Origin: Camelus dromedarius
Taxonomy: Eukaryota
NCBI RefSeq assembly: GCF_036321535.1
Contig: NC_087437.1
Coordinates: 80,478,001 to 80,542,000 of the forward strand
Reading direction: 5' to 3'
Length of the DNA stretch: 64,000 nt
The translations under genes and the position numbers were made by a program. Under the pieces are notes generated by a model, which was not told the DNA's origin, ran no database searches, and saw only the letters and a list, made by a program, of their open reading frames with translations. Below are positions 14,248 through 26,841 of the stretch, in pieces; position 1 is the stretch's first letter; the number at the start of each line of letters is the position of its first letter.

Positions 14248-14249
14248 AG

Positions 14250-15490
14250 CTAAATGGAAATTTTAGAACTGAAAAAGTACAATGACCAAAAAAATCACAG
14301 TAGATCAGAGATGGGAGAAAAAAGGTCACGGATGAACTTGAACTAGGAAAGCAAATCTATAACAACTATCCAAGCTAATGTATAGAGAGAAAATAGATTG
14401 AAGAAAGATAAACAGATCCTTAGAGACCTGTAGGACAGTAGAAAATGGCCTAAAATGTGTGTCATCAGAGACCTTGAAGGAGAAGAGAAATAGGGCAAAA
14501 TAGATTTTCTTAAGAAATGACAAAAAGGCAAGCCATGGACTAGGAGAGGTTTTTGTAATATATATTTATATGACTGTGAGCTTATATTCATAATGTAGTT
14601 TAAAATTTTTATAACTCAATAATAAGAATACCAACACTCTAATTATTTTTAACGGGCAGAAGACTTGAATAGACACTTTACCAAAGAAGGTATATGCATG
14701 GCTAATAAGCACGAGGAGAGACCTTAAACTTCATTAGGTATCAGGGAGTTATAAATTAAAGCTACAATAAGGTACCACTGCACAACCTTTTTAAAAGACT
14801 GACAACACCAAGTACTGAGGAAGATGGAGAATAGTTGGTTCTCTTGCTATTGAGAGTGAAAAATGGTACAACCACTTTGGAAAACAGTTTGACAATTTCT
14901 TTTAAATTAAACATACACTTATCATATGAACCAACTACTCCACTCCTAGACATTTACCAAAATGAAATAAGAACATATATCTACACAAAGGCTGTTCACA
15001 GCACTTTACTGATAACAGCCAGAAACTAGAACAACCCAAATATCTACCAATAGGCTAATAAATATTGTTACTATTACAATAAAATACTACTGAACAATAA
15101 AAATATGAATTTCTAATAAATGCAATAATACGGATGAATCACAAAAACATGCTAAGTGAAAGGAACTCAACACACACACACTATATATATATACACACAC
15201 ATATATATACACATACATACACTATCTGATTCCATTTGCAGGGAATGCAAAAAGAGGCAAAATCAATCTATACTGATAGAAGTCAGATCAATGGTTGCCT
15301 GGAGCAGCAGGTGGAAGGAGGGGCTGACAGCAGTGGGTGTGTATGAGGAAACTTTCTCGTGTGAGGAAATGTGCTATATCTTGATTATGATGATGGTTAT
15401 GTGGGTGTATACACTTACTGAACTATACACTTAAAATTTATACATTTTATTGTACGTAAATCATACCTCACAATGTTGACTTTTAAAAGA
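14250..15490 (+). mobile_element. Old L1M fragments (ORF1-like, ORF2 C-terminus and 3'UTR)
   Basis: Typical L1M motifs such as aaatggtacaaccactttggaaaacagttt and gaagtcagatcaatggttgcc. Confidence 0.8.
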
Positions 15491-16168
15491 ATACATACAT
15501 AACTCTGTAAATTAGAAGACTAACTTTCATCATCATGCTGTAATGAGTCATTCAGTAATAAATTTTATAGGGAACAAGTTCTTTTTGAATCACACACAGG
15601 CACCCCAAATGAATGTCTAACCATTCGTTTTTGTTATGTGAGCGTGACTGGAGAAACAGAAGCCTGTTAAGCTAATAAAGCTCCTGCCCATCATCTCTAA
15701 TTCTAGGCTGCGGAAGAAACCCTAAATTCAGTTCTCATCCTTCTAAGCACCCTCAGCAACTATTTGTTGACCAGTTCCTGAAGTGAGTGAGTACATACAT
15801 ATTTCTTTTATAAACAAGTCCTTCCATCTGAAGTCTTGGCTGCTGCAGAGTGATCTGCCCCAGTCTCATAGCAGAGGTCAACGGTCAGAGTCTATATGGT
15901 GAACCAATGGTATTGCTGGTCAAATAGGCCATTTTAATCACCCTCTCCTGCTCAAGGGCCCTCTTGTAGATTTTTTTTTTTAAACATAGGCAATAAGGAA
16001 GCTAGACTTTCTTTTCACTGAAATTTTCCAATTTGTAGTGAGAAATTGATGGACAAGAGAGAGGTATCTTAAACTAAGGGAGCTGCTAGCCTGTGCAGTG
16101 ACCACGTGTACTGAGTACCTCAGTTTACTGGAAAACATCCCTTCCTGATTTGGAGACTTAAGAATAGG

Positions 16169-16266
16169 ATGCTCATTTCAGCAGCACGTATACTAAAGTC
16201 AGAACAATACAGAGAAGATTCTCATGGCCCCTGCACAAGGATGAACACACACACTCCGTATTTTTA
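16169..16266 (+). pseudogene. U6 snRNA pseudogene (5' part of a U6-L1 chimera)
   Basis: atgctcatttcagcagcacgtatactaaagtcagaacaatacagagaagattctcatggcccctgcacaaggatga...tattttt; keeps the ACAGAGA box but carries many substitutions. Confidence 0.92.
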
Positions 16267-16665
16267 TATGTGGAATCTAAAAAACCAAACTCATAGAAAA
16301 ATAGAGCAGATTTGTGGTTACCAGAGATGAGGAGTGGGAGATGGGGGAACTGGGTGAAGGTGGTCAAAAGTTACAAACTTCCAGTTATGAGATAAGTAAG
16401 TCCTGAAGGTGTAATGGACAATGTGACGACTATAGTTAACACTGCTGTATGATATATTTGAAATTTGCTGAGAGTAGATCCAAAAGTCCTTACCTTACGG
16501 AAAAACAAAAAAATTTTGTAACTATATAAGGTGATGGATGTTATCTAAATTTACTGTAATCATCATTTTGCAATTTATGTATGTCAAGTCATTATGCTGT
16601 ACACCTTAAACTTATATAGTGCTGTGTGCCAATTATACCTCAATAAAACTGAAGCCAAAAAAAAA
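16267..16665 (+). mobile_element. L1 3'UTR fragment fused to U6
   Basis: atatgtggaatctaaaaaa...caattatacctcaataaaactg followed by an A-tail. Confidence 0.88.
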
Positions 16666-16717
16666 ATAGCAGGAAATGTGTAAATTTTCACTACAAGCTC
16701 AAATCCTTTGTTACCGA

Positions 16718-17300
16718 TTGTATTAATTTTCTATGGCTGCAAAACAAATTACCACAAACTGAAACGCTTAAACTACCACCCATTTATTACCTCACAGTTC
16801 CGCATGTCAGAAGTGTGGCTAGGCTTGGCTATATTCGCTGCATGGAGTATCATGCAAGGATAAACTCAAGTGTCAGCTGGGCTGAGCTTTTACCTGAAGG
16901 CTACGGGGAAGAATCCACTTCCGAGCTCATTCAGCTTGTTGGCAGAACTCCCTTCTTCAGCCACGTAGAACTGAGATCCCGTTTTCTTTGTGACTAGAAA
17001 GTACCTGGATTTCTTGGCTGATGAGCACTTTCCTCCATCTTCAAAGCCAATAATTGTGGACTGAATCCTTCTCAGACTTAGAATCTAACTTCCTCTTCGA
17101 TGACCAGCCAAAGAAAACGCTGTGCTTTAAAAGGGCTCGGGTGATTAGACCAGGTGCACCTGGATAGGCTCCCTAGTTTAAGGACACCTGATTACCAACC
17201 TTAATTACAAATGAAAAATGACTTTTGCCATGTAACATAACACAATTATAGGAGTAGTACCAGGGGCAGAGATCACAGTCCATCTAGAGTTCTTCCTACC
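16718..17300 (-). mobile_element. MaLR LTR (MLT1-type)
   Basis: tgtattaattttctatggctgcaaaacaaattaccacaaact...ttgccatgtaacataaca. Confidence 0.75.
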
Positions 17301-17894
17301 ACAGTGATGATTTATCTGTCCATCACCAGCGACCTTCTTGTATCCCTAGAGATATCAGTCACCCAAAAAATTTAAAGTTGTCTTTAAAAACAAATGCTGC
17401 TAGTCAGTGATTCAGAGCCAACTTTCCAGATTATAATAATTAAGACTGGGATACCATAAAAATATCAGATTTAATGTTATAGGAACTGAGTTTAAATTCC
17501 AAGAGTTCCGGCAAAAGAGAAGTCAGTATGAATTGGGAAAAGACTCATAAAGGAAGTGGCACCCAAGCAGATACCCAGAATTTGGATAGGCAAGAGCACA
17601 GCTAGAGACAGGAATAAACAGGGCATCTGCTGAGCGGTGAGGAGACTCGCCTGACCGCTTGTTGGGGTATCATGGAAGACGAGATTAAACAGATGGGGGA
17701 AGCTAAATAAGACGGCTTTGTGAAACAGAACCAGTGTTTGCATCTGAGTCCATAACCGATACTGGGCCTTTGAAAACCTTGTTAGGTTTCTGTAAGGATA
17801 TGCCAAATGGTTGGAAATTTTTGGATTGGTAAGAAAAATGAGATTAGAGAAAGAATAATTAGAAAGTTATGAGGGATACACATTTCTTGTCTTC

Positions 17895-18346
17895 CCTAGG
17901 GGTTAAATCATAGCCCCCCCGAAAAAGATACATCCAAGTGCTAAACCTCAGAATTTGGGAATGTGATCTCAATTAAAAAAATGGGTCTTTGCACGTGTAA
18001 CTAAGAATCTCAAGATAAGGTCATCCTGTATTATCCGGGTGGGCTCTAAATCCAATGACAAGTGACCCATAAGAGACACACAGAGGAGAAAAAAGGGAGG
18101 GGAGAAGGCCATGGGAAGATGGAGGCAGAGATTGGAGTTACCCTGCCACACCAGGGGGACACATGGAGCTACTAGAAACTGGAAGGGATGAGGAAAGATT
18201 CTCCCTACAGCCTTGGGAGGGAGTGTGGTCCTGCCATACCTCGATTTCAGAACTCTCGGCCTCCAGAACTGTAAGAGGATAAATTTCTCTGTTTTTAGCC
18301 ACCAAGTTTGTGGTAATTTGTTACATCGTCCTAGGAAACTAATATA
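17895..18346 (+). mobile_element. MaLR LTR (MLT1-type)
   Basis: ggtgggctctaaatccaatgacaagt...ccaagtttgtggtaatttgttaca...ggaaactaata. Confidence 0.85.
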
Positions 18347-18397
18347 CCTGAGGATTAAGAATCAGATAACCTCAAAGTATTTTCTAAAAGAAAAAGA

Positions 18398-18398
<1 letters not shown>

Positions 18399-18428
<30 letters not shown>
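18399..18428. repeat. (AAC)10 microsatellite
   Basis: Read directly from the sequence. Confidence 0.95.
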
Positions 18429-18430
<2 letters not shown>

Positions 18431-19093
18431 AAACAGTTTAGGTGACTCCTGATCTCTCCTTCAAAGCTAGTTTCTGTAACACGAGATCTAACATGTCTAG
18501 CACACAGCAGGCACTCATCAGTTTGCTGCCTCATCTCCGTGGGTTCCAGCAACCCATTCCATTACTACCGACCAGCCACAGCTACTCTCTGAAATCTGCA
18601 TTCCTTAATTAAAGTAGACTACACTGTGCACTAGAATCATCTTCACAGGTACCTGCCGGAAGCCCTAAAAACCCCAAAGATAATGATTTAGAATGTTAGG
18701 AGTGGGGCAAAGGCATTGGCATGATTAACAAGCTTCACAAAAGATGCTGATGTCCATGAAAGCCTGAGAGTTTGAACCTAAGGCACTTAGCAGTTAGACC
18801 AGCTGTCTGGCTGCTCTCACCCCAAATCCTCTTGCACTGATAAAAAAGGGAATAGTGTCACAGAAGAGCAGGGAACATGGGGTTGGAGGACAAAAAACAC
18901 CCATAAGGAAGTTAGACACACTTTGAGAGCAATCTCCACATAGTCCTCCTGGAAATGGGCCACCTGTGCAATGTTTCTGGTATATGCAGGGATTAAATCA
19001 TAGCCCACTCCAAAGGTGGAGTGAGGGCGCTGAGAAAATTAAGTGAACCCAGACTTGGTGTATAGCTGAAGATAAAAGTCTTTCTGGATGAAA

Positions 19094-19233
19094 TATGAAA
19101 ACAAATAAATGTATGTATATGCACGACTGGGACATTGTGCTGCACACCAGAAAGTGAAACTTTGTAACTGACTGTACTTCAATAAAAATAAAACAAAATA
19201 AAGTAAAATTAAATAAAATCACAAGTCTCTAAA
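19094..19233 (+). mobile_element. Very short L1 3' tail with a perfect 20-bp flanking direct repeat
   Basis: AAAAGTCTTTCTGGATGAAA at 19074-19093 and 19234-19253. Confidence 0.9.
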
Positions 19234-21553
19234 AAAAGTCTTTCTGGATGAAACTGTAAATTCCATGTGAATGATACAATGTTAATAAATTGAAGTATAA
19301 TATACACTGAGAAAATATAAATTAAAAAGGAAACCATAGAATTAAATTCAATGTAAGATGTATTCATTGAACATCTACTATGTGTCAGATACTGGGAGAG
19401 ATGTGGAGCCTCTGATAAAGAAAAAGACAGTCACTCCCCACCTCTCAAGGACAAATTCAGGGCACTAGCAGGAAAACCAAAGACCCAGTAGTAATCTAAA
19501 AGTTTGTACCCAGGCCTGGTCTCAGAGAGACCAACAAGAACTTAGCCAGTGGCTGAAGTTGCTTTCTTCCTGGAGTCACATTCAATACAGAACTGATAGT
19601 ATCAGAAAATGGAAGTGAGCAGTACTGAGTTTAAGAAGTTGACATTTATTAAAGGTTAGAGGAGTTTGAGGAAATTCTCCATTCCTGATTAAGTCAAAAA
19701 TAGAAAGGATAATAAATGCTACTGATTTGATTAACAAATAGAGCTGAAAGATAGGGTCTCTGACACTTGAGGGAATTCCTTGGTGAAGCACCAAACTACA
19801 GTACTAGAGTGAATTCTTTGCACAGAATGACTGCCTGATTTTTTAAGAAAGAGTACAACTATACCATTCTGCATCAACGTATCATTGATATCATTGTTAA
19901 ATTATATGGCTGAGTTAAGTTCAGAACTATGATAGTCATTAACTCATTAGTACTTTCTAGTCTATCTGTAGCTCAAAACACCACTTCCCTCCAAAACCAA
20001 TGATCCCAACCAGGATTAGCACACATTTATTCACTCATTTAACCGATCCATTTTATAAACTCCTACTATATGCCAGGCATTGTGCTGGGCACTGAGTTTG
20101 CAGCAATGAGCTTGTAGTCTTGGCTTCTGTGGGGGTCATTCTTTAAGGAACATTCCATCAGGCATTACCCCATACCCGTATGGCAGATATGGCTAATCAA
20201 TTACAGCACTCTCTCCTGCCAAGCCCCTTGACTGCTTGGTCTTTCTCAACATGCTACTCATGAGGGTATTACCAGTTAGAGGTAGAACACAGGATGAAAC
20301 TTATTGGTCACCCAGATGCTAACCAAGCTTCACTGTATCACTTGTGGTTCTCCCAAAATACTTTTGCTACTATTGCCTTGGTTTACGTCCTTTGGTTTCA
20401 TTCACCTCCCTCTCCCCTTGTATGAACATTCAAATCAACTCTTCTGAAGATATAGCTCAAATGCTCTACCCTGAAGTCTCCCTAGTTCTCCCCATTCAGA
20501 TATATAGTCTTCCTCTTCTCAATCTTTGTAATTCTCCCCCTTTTTTTATGACATCTAATAAGGTGCATGCCGTGTCTCCCACTTATGTACCTGAAGGATA
20601 AGAAATACGCCTTGTATGTCTTTGAATGACTCAGATTATCTATCAGGCAGCTTTGCACAAATACACACACACACAAAATCACATGCTTGCTAAGCACTGG
20701 TTCAATTACTTAATTATGAGGGAATTTGGAATTAAGAGAATGTACACACTCACTTCAGAAAAAGCTCACAGTGTATCTATGCACAGTATATCTATGCTCA
20801 GTATATCTACTGTTCTGGTTATCAGGCTGTTATTTGCAATGCAAATTACTCTTGAGATTTCATTTATATGAAGGAAGAAAAATTATATTTGGTGTAGAGA
20901 AATAGAACTACAGTAGGTTCTTAACTTGAGAGTTAAGGGCTCCTGGTGGCTGTGAAGCCCCTAATACTGTAAACAGCATTTGTGTATACACAGACAGGTG
21001 AATTTCTCCAGGGAAACGATTCACAGCTTTCACCAGATTCTCAAAAGAAGTTACAAGAACTAGAATATATGAGCAGTAGTTGACTCATGTTGACAGAGAT
21101 GTTGATGTGTTTGGCATCGTGAGAAAGGGAAGGACCCCATTTCCTGCTGTTCCCAGGCTTACATCTCTCAGGATGGTCTTGGTAATCTCCAAATTGTTTT
21201 CCCTATGTTCACTGTGCCCACAAAATAAAGTGAAAAGTAAAGTCATAAACATAGAGATTTAGCTTTTTTTAGCACATAAAATTCTAAATAATAAACAATA
21301 TCTTTCAAACTTCCACAATATTTTCAGAATCTAATAAATCTCTACTAATGAACTTGGCAAAGGGTGTTTTGATGTTAACTCTTAAAGAACTTCAGGAAAC
21401 ATGTTCTCAAAAAAAATCCAAATTAATATATACTGGCTAATTTAAAGTTTTTTAGATTAGTAATTAATAGTACTTTTCAACCTTGGGAAATAGAAATAAA
21501 GTACTAGAAAAAAAATGCACATCTTTAAGACAAACAATATCAATGAATTAATG

Positions 21554-21559
21554 TTTATT
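21554..21559 (-). terminator. Candidate NFKBIZ polyadenylation signal AATAAA
   Basis: tttatt on the + strand; a GU/U-rich tract (TTGTTTGTCTT) follows on the - strand. Confidence 0.65.
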
Positions 21560-22684
21560 TAAAACCATGCATAAGTTTTTCCATAAGTGTGAATAGACTG
21601 GTTCACATCACAGCCATACTTTCAGATACCAAATAACTATAACTAACTTTTGTCCACAAGACATACAGGGTCAAACAATGTGATCGATCCAAAGGTTATC
21701 TTTTTTAAAAGGATCTGAGTACTTAGCTACAAAGATGATTAGTCAGTCAGTTGCTTACAAGACTTCTCATTTAAAAAAAAATTAATGAATCAAATATATT
21801 ACAAATAATTAATGTGCAATCAAAGCCAAATACATTACTCAGGGGATGCCAGAGCAAAATAATATTAATGGGATTAACGCTACTAAAAAATAAGACTTTT
21901 TTCTGAATGGTAGTATAAAACATCATGGTGCCTTATCATTATTTGAGAACAGAAACCCAAGAAGACATGTTTCAATAGTGACTTTTTGTTGCTGCTATAA
22001 AGGTAAAACAAAAACTCCAACAGAGCAAGTAAGTCACAAATTCTAGAAAGTGAGTCATAAAGAGGTATTCTCTTTAACACCATGCAATTCCCTGCAAATC
22101 AGGTGTCTCATCTCAATGCATGAGAAGAAGCATGTTTATAATTCAAACAGAGCTCTGCCAGCCACTAAGGGAACAACTCCCCATCTGTCTCACCTACAGA
22201 GATGGTAGATGGGTGATTACACAGCTCCTCTGCATGTGTAACTTTTTAAGAATAGTGACAATTCACTTGTTCTCTATTTTATTGATTTACACATTTCAAA
22301 TGTGGCCATTTGTGTTAATGACCATATATGTACAAATATTTTAAAAGACAAAAATAACAGTTATGTACAGTTTGCAAAGATCAAACTTTAACCATGGTAC
22401 CTTTCATCTAGTCCAATGACCAGAATTTCCACCACCAACAGTAACTCTCAGGTACTGCATCAGGCCAAACGAAGCCTCAACACTATATCCAGATGTGTTT
22501 TTTAACTTTCAAATGCTTTCATTTTTCTTTAAAATGTAAAAAAGTTTACAATCTGTCTCCTTTTAAACTGGCAATAGCTACATGAGCAATGCCTTATGCC
22601 ACAAATCAAAGGCTTTTCCTACCCCAAAAGCTACTGCTAACTGAAGTCAATTTTACCGTTCAGATTAAATTCAGATGTCTAGAT

Positions 22685-22871
22685 TCCAGATACCTGGATG
22701 TGAAATATTGAAATCTGCCAAGAGGAATTAGATATTCCTCTTCTTTTCTTTTAACATAACCCACTATATAATAGTGAACTAAATATGTTTGTTTCATAGA
22801 AACAACTTACATTTGCCAATACAGAGCAAATGGTCTATGTACAGATACATTAGGACTGCCTAACTGACAGT
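22685..22871 (-). promoter_or_regulatory. 3'UTR stem-loop cluster (Roquin/Regnase-1-type decay and translational silencing element)
   Basis: Seven hairpins are visible, including TTGTTTC-TAT-GAAACAA and CACTAT-TAT-ATAGTG with pyrimidine-purine-pyrimidine triloops. Confidence 0.85.
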
Positions 22872-22904
22872 GAGTATTGCCGAGCAGGCTCCGAGTCAGT
22901 GGAG

Positions 22905-22958
22905 CTAGTGTGGTGGGGCTCTCTGCTGAATGGACTTCCCCTTCAGGATACGGCGGAT
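22905..22958 (-). CDS. NFKBIZ: NFKBIZ coding exon 12 (last; stop TAG)
   Basis: tttccag|ATC; encodes IRRILKGKSIQQRAPPH*; the total CDS is 2160 nt. Confidence 0.96.
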   Translation of the reverse strand: MRRILKGKSIQQRAPPH

Positions 22959-24851
22959 CTGGAAAGGAAACCAACAGCATCTGTGAGGTTTCTGTTTCAC
23001 AATCAAAGTACCACATTTCCTTCAGTTTCTTTCCTTTCATGTAAGAAATGGTGTAGAGTATATAAGCTCTACACCATTCCTGTCTACTTGTAAGTAAATA
23101 TATGAAGAAATACGCAACAATATATGTCAAGATTTTAGGGTGATTTTTTAAAAAAGACTATAATTCCTTTTAAACTTTATTACAGATCTCCTATAATGAT
23201 GTTTGAGTACAAGAAAGTAAAGCATCTCCATTAAAAATTATCTGAAGTTGAAAATCTCCCACAGTTTGACTAAGACCTATATTCTTTTCCGAATCTTTCC
23301 TCTTGTTATTTATGAGAACATTTAATATAAGGCAGGAACTGTGGTTATTATAGTATCTCACCTACCCTGAAGTCAACCTCAACCAAGAACTCAGAACCCA
23401 CCTCACACACACAAGTAAATCTATAATGCCCTTCGAGTCAAGATAGCTGTCATGATATCCAAGAATTAAAGCATCTGTGTATAACTATGTGGATCATAGG
23501 AAAGCCCTCAGGCTCATTCAGTCTATTAACTGATTTTATACCCGAGCCTGACAAATTTTACTATCTGTCTCTCAGCCCACAGCAGATCCGAAGCAACAGC
23601 TTAGAAGAAAGAGGACTGGAGTGGGAGATGCAGCTGATAGCTGCTAGAATGACCATTGTCTGATGATAAAAGCAAAGGAAAAGCCCCTCCCTCCACACAC
23701 AGAGACACACAAATACAGAAGCAGAAAGGCAAGTAATCTGAGAATATTTAGTGAAGAGTCAAACAGCTCTCCATACTCAGTAGTCCCTGAGAGCATTGCT
23801 CTATGACTGCACACCACAAACAGCGAAGCAGAAGTGAACACTGGGCTTAGGACTCGCCATTTACTCCTTAAGGATGGTTCCTACCCTCTGGAACCACTCT
23901 GAGTCTCAGTCTTCCCAGCTGAACCTTTACACTGTGAAGTTTTCCTAACTATTAAGCAGTATAATACACAGGAAAACTCTACAGATTATCAAGAGATTCA
24001 TTTTAAGCTATAAAGAGCTCTACAAATGTGAGTTACTATAACATTACAGTCATAATGAGGGTTATAAATCAAAGGAAAGGCTGAATTGCATTCCATATGT
24101 TTTATTTTGTGATTATTAAAGTATGCAATGACCCACAGCCACAATCCCTCCAGGAAAAGAGTTTCATCAAAAATATTTTAAGTTCTTAAAGGATTCAGTT
24201 CTTGTTATCAAGAAAAGCTTAGTCATGTGAAACTGTTTAATCCCTAAATGTAATATATAACCATATGATATGTAAAGCACAATTTTATTTAAAATACAAA
24301 ATATTCCTAGGTTCTCAATTACATAAGTAACCTTCCTATTTCTTATCTGATATCAGCTAGTAGCCAGAAATCCTTGTTAACAGCTGATATTTACTGAGCA
24401 CTCACTATGTGCCTGGGACTATTCTGAACTCTCGGCAGATACTGACTCATTTAATACCCACGATACTTGAAGGCTCATCACTTACTCACAAAACTAAGAT
24501 TCCCTTTCCTTGGTGTCTGCAGGAACCTTGGTTCCTCCTCTTTCATCCACTTCCAGACTTCAAACCATTCTGACTTATTCCAAACCCAAGTTTATGTCTC
24601 GGAAGAAAAGAAAAGACTACCTGACTTCTGACCATTCGGGGTTCAGGGATAAACCCTCAAATTTTTACATCTTCTTTTAGAAACAAAGCAATTGACCCCA
24701 AAGGGCTACAGGGACCACTGTGAGACACAGACACTGACAGAGCCCACCTGAAGAGCACCACCAGCTGGCCTCCGCCCTGCACAATCTCATTGCCCCTTAA
24801 GTTTCTGACCAAGTGCCTGAAAGTACTTCTTCTCCCATTTGTGGCCCTCAC

Positions 24852-25019
24852 CTGTTCTCCCACAGGGCCATCAGGAACCAAGTGCACTGGCTGTTCGTTC
24901 TCCAGGTTCCGAGTGCTTGGGTCTGCCCCCTTCCTCATCAGCAGGCGGACGGCATCCAGCTGCGTCACCCGATACTGCAGACTGGCAGCGACATGGAGGG
25001 CAGTGTTTCCATTGTAAGC
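24852..25019 (-). CDS. NFKBIZ: NFKBIZ coding exon 11 (ankyrin repeats)
   Basis: Encodes AYNGNTALHVAASLQYRVTQLDAVRLLMRKGADPSTRNLENEQPVHLVPDGPVGEQ; 168 nt. Confidence 0.97.
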
Positions 25020-25149
25020 CTGAAGACCAAGAGATGAAACGACACCCATCAGGAAGGAAGACTTTCATGAAAGCAGCTCAAAAGCTTGAATAAGGTATGA
25101 AGAAGGTCATCCCAACTCTCGTGCAATTCTTGAATCTTTCTAAAAGTAC

Positions 25150-25260
25150 CTTTGTGTTCACAAAAGACAGGCAACTAGGCAGTTCCAAAAAGAGGCGAAT
25201 GAGTTCCAGATTTGCTTCTTCAGCTGCCAAATGCAGGGCTGTGCGGCCACTTTTACGATC
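25150..25260 (-). CDS. NFKBIZ: NFKBIZ coding exon 10 (ankyrin repeats)
   Basis: Encodes DRKSGRTALHLAAEEANLELIRLFLELPSCLSFVNTK; 111 nt; GT-AG. Confidence 0.97.
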
Positions 25261-25458
25261 CTTGTCAAGGCAAGAGGGGGAGAGAAGTGAATGTTCAGAC
25301 ACCACGCTCGCCGTCTCTCACATGTCTGACTCATTCTTGCAGACTCACTCTGAATACTCCCTTCTCCACAAAGCCTTCCTTCACCCCAAGCTCCATGGAA
25401 TCTCTCATTCCTCCTAAATTCCCTGTTAATATGCCTCTTATCACATCTACCCTGTATA

Positions 25459-25576
25459 CAGGGTGGTCATAAAATGCAGAAGCATAGATGATACTGTTTT
25501 ATTATGTACTGTAACATAATACAAGAAATCACTTATTATGGATTCACCTGTGTTTCCAAACTTGGTGGCCACTCTG
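25459..25576. mobile_element. Tc1/Mariner-type MITE in the NFKBIZ intron between coding exons 9 and 10
   Basis: TA-flanked; imperfect TIRs of about 30 bp, cagggtggtcataaaatgcagaagcatag versus reverse complement cagagtggccaccaagtttggaaacacag. Confidence 0.65.
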
Positions 25577-26119
25577 TAACTTATAACAAGCTGTATCTCT
25601 CACCTCTTCTGTTGGACAGTAAGCTCCCCAAGGACCCAAGTTGCTTATGATTTAGGTATTTTTCCCCCAGAGCCACTAACTTAGTGCCCTGTATATAGGT
25701 GATACTCAGTAAATAAAGCTCAAACTTAAAGAGAATAAAATCTTTTCCAGTTTAAAAAACAGAAGATTAAGTCCAGATGCCAAAACAATGAAGAAATCCT
25801 TACAAAAAGCACTACCTTAATTATCCATGTATGACAGTGAAAGCCAAAATGAAAATATCAATTTTCAAGCATTTCCATTTCCTTTCAAAGAGTAACTTAT
25901 TTTACAGCTAAATGATCTTTGGGATAATAATCCAAAAGTGAATCAAAAAAGCAGATGAGATGATCTTTTAAAATTTAAGCTTCTGAACTATCTATACATT
26001 ACTATTCACTCCATTAATTTAAAAAGAGGGAAAAGCTTTAACTTATACTTGGGAACATGACCTTTTGCTATAACCACTTCTCCCCTACATCCCATTTCCA
26101 AACCCTTCTGTGAATTTAC

Positions 26120-26289
26120 CTTGGCTTCCACTGCTGCTCCCATTTGAATCAGACACTTAATGGTTTCAACGAGACTCTTATTCTTCAGTAAAAGCTCCTG
26201 AACTTCAGGTGAATGCGGCTGCTGATTTCTCTGGAGTTCGTGCACCACAGCATTGTGGGCCAAAACTGCACAGTGCAGAGGAGTCAGGC
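26120..26289 (-). CDS. NFKBIZ: NFKBIZ coding exon 9 (ankyrin repeats)
   Basis: Encodes GLTPLHCAVLAHNAVVHELQ...IQMGAAVEAK; 170 nt; GT-AG. Confidence 0.97.
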
Positions 26290-26585
26290 CTAGAAAAAGT
26301 ATAATAAAGCAGCGGTCAAGCATCCCATCGAGTCTTTCAGTTGCTCTATAACTACAAGCCTTGAGGATGGCCTCTCGTATGATGTATACGTGGGCTCCGC
26401 ATGAAGCAGTAAAGCAATCTGAGTAACCCCTCCAGTGGGTATTAGTGCTAACTCTATCTATAGAGTATTTTAGCTTGAATTACACCTCTCTTCCTTCTTG
26501 GTATAGAACTTAATACCCTTACAACTAATGGGCCCCTCTCTCTGAATATTTCTTCACCCAAAAAATGAATGTGTCAATTGCTTAC

Positions 26586-26649
26586 CATCATAGTTAGTTG
26601 CCTCAAGATCCACGAACTGATGGCTCTTCACTGCTCCCTTCTGAATTGC
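26586..26649 (-). CDS. NFKBIZ: NFKBIZ coding exon 8
   Basis: Encodes AIQKGAVKSHQFVDLEATNYD; ctgcag| and |gtaag; 64 nt. Confidence 0.95.
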
Positions 26650-26841
26650 CTGCAGAAGTTAAAAACACATATCTGTTAGCAAAAGGCAAGCTGCACAAAT
26701 ACTCATCTACAAGTATTCCAGAAAAGGAGTAAGTCAACTCAAAAGAGATTATTGCAACAGGCAACCTACGTTGGACTTCTAATCTCCACGCCCTATCCCT
26801 CTGGCCCTATGATAATGGGAGCCTGGCTCGCTGCCTCTTAC

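Larger units (their letters stand above)
21535..22904 (-). other. NFKBIZ: NFKBIZ 3'UTR (about 1.4 kb, AU-rich; 3' end approximate)
   Basis: Repeat-free AT-rich stretch after the stop codon; minus-strand AATAAA at 21554-21559 and 22278-22283. Confidence 0.75.

Noticed and set aside
16169..16266. Functional U6 snRNA gene
   Set aside because: Many substitutions, a 3' internal deletion, no evident PSE/TATA, and fusion to L1.
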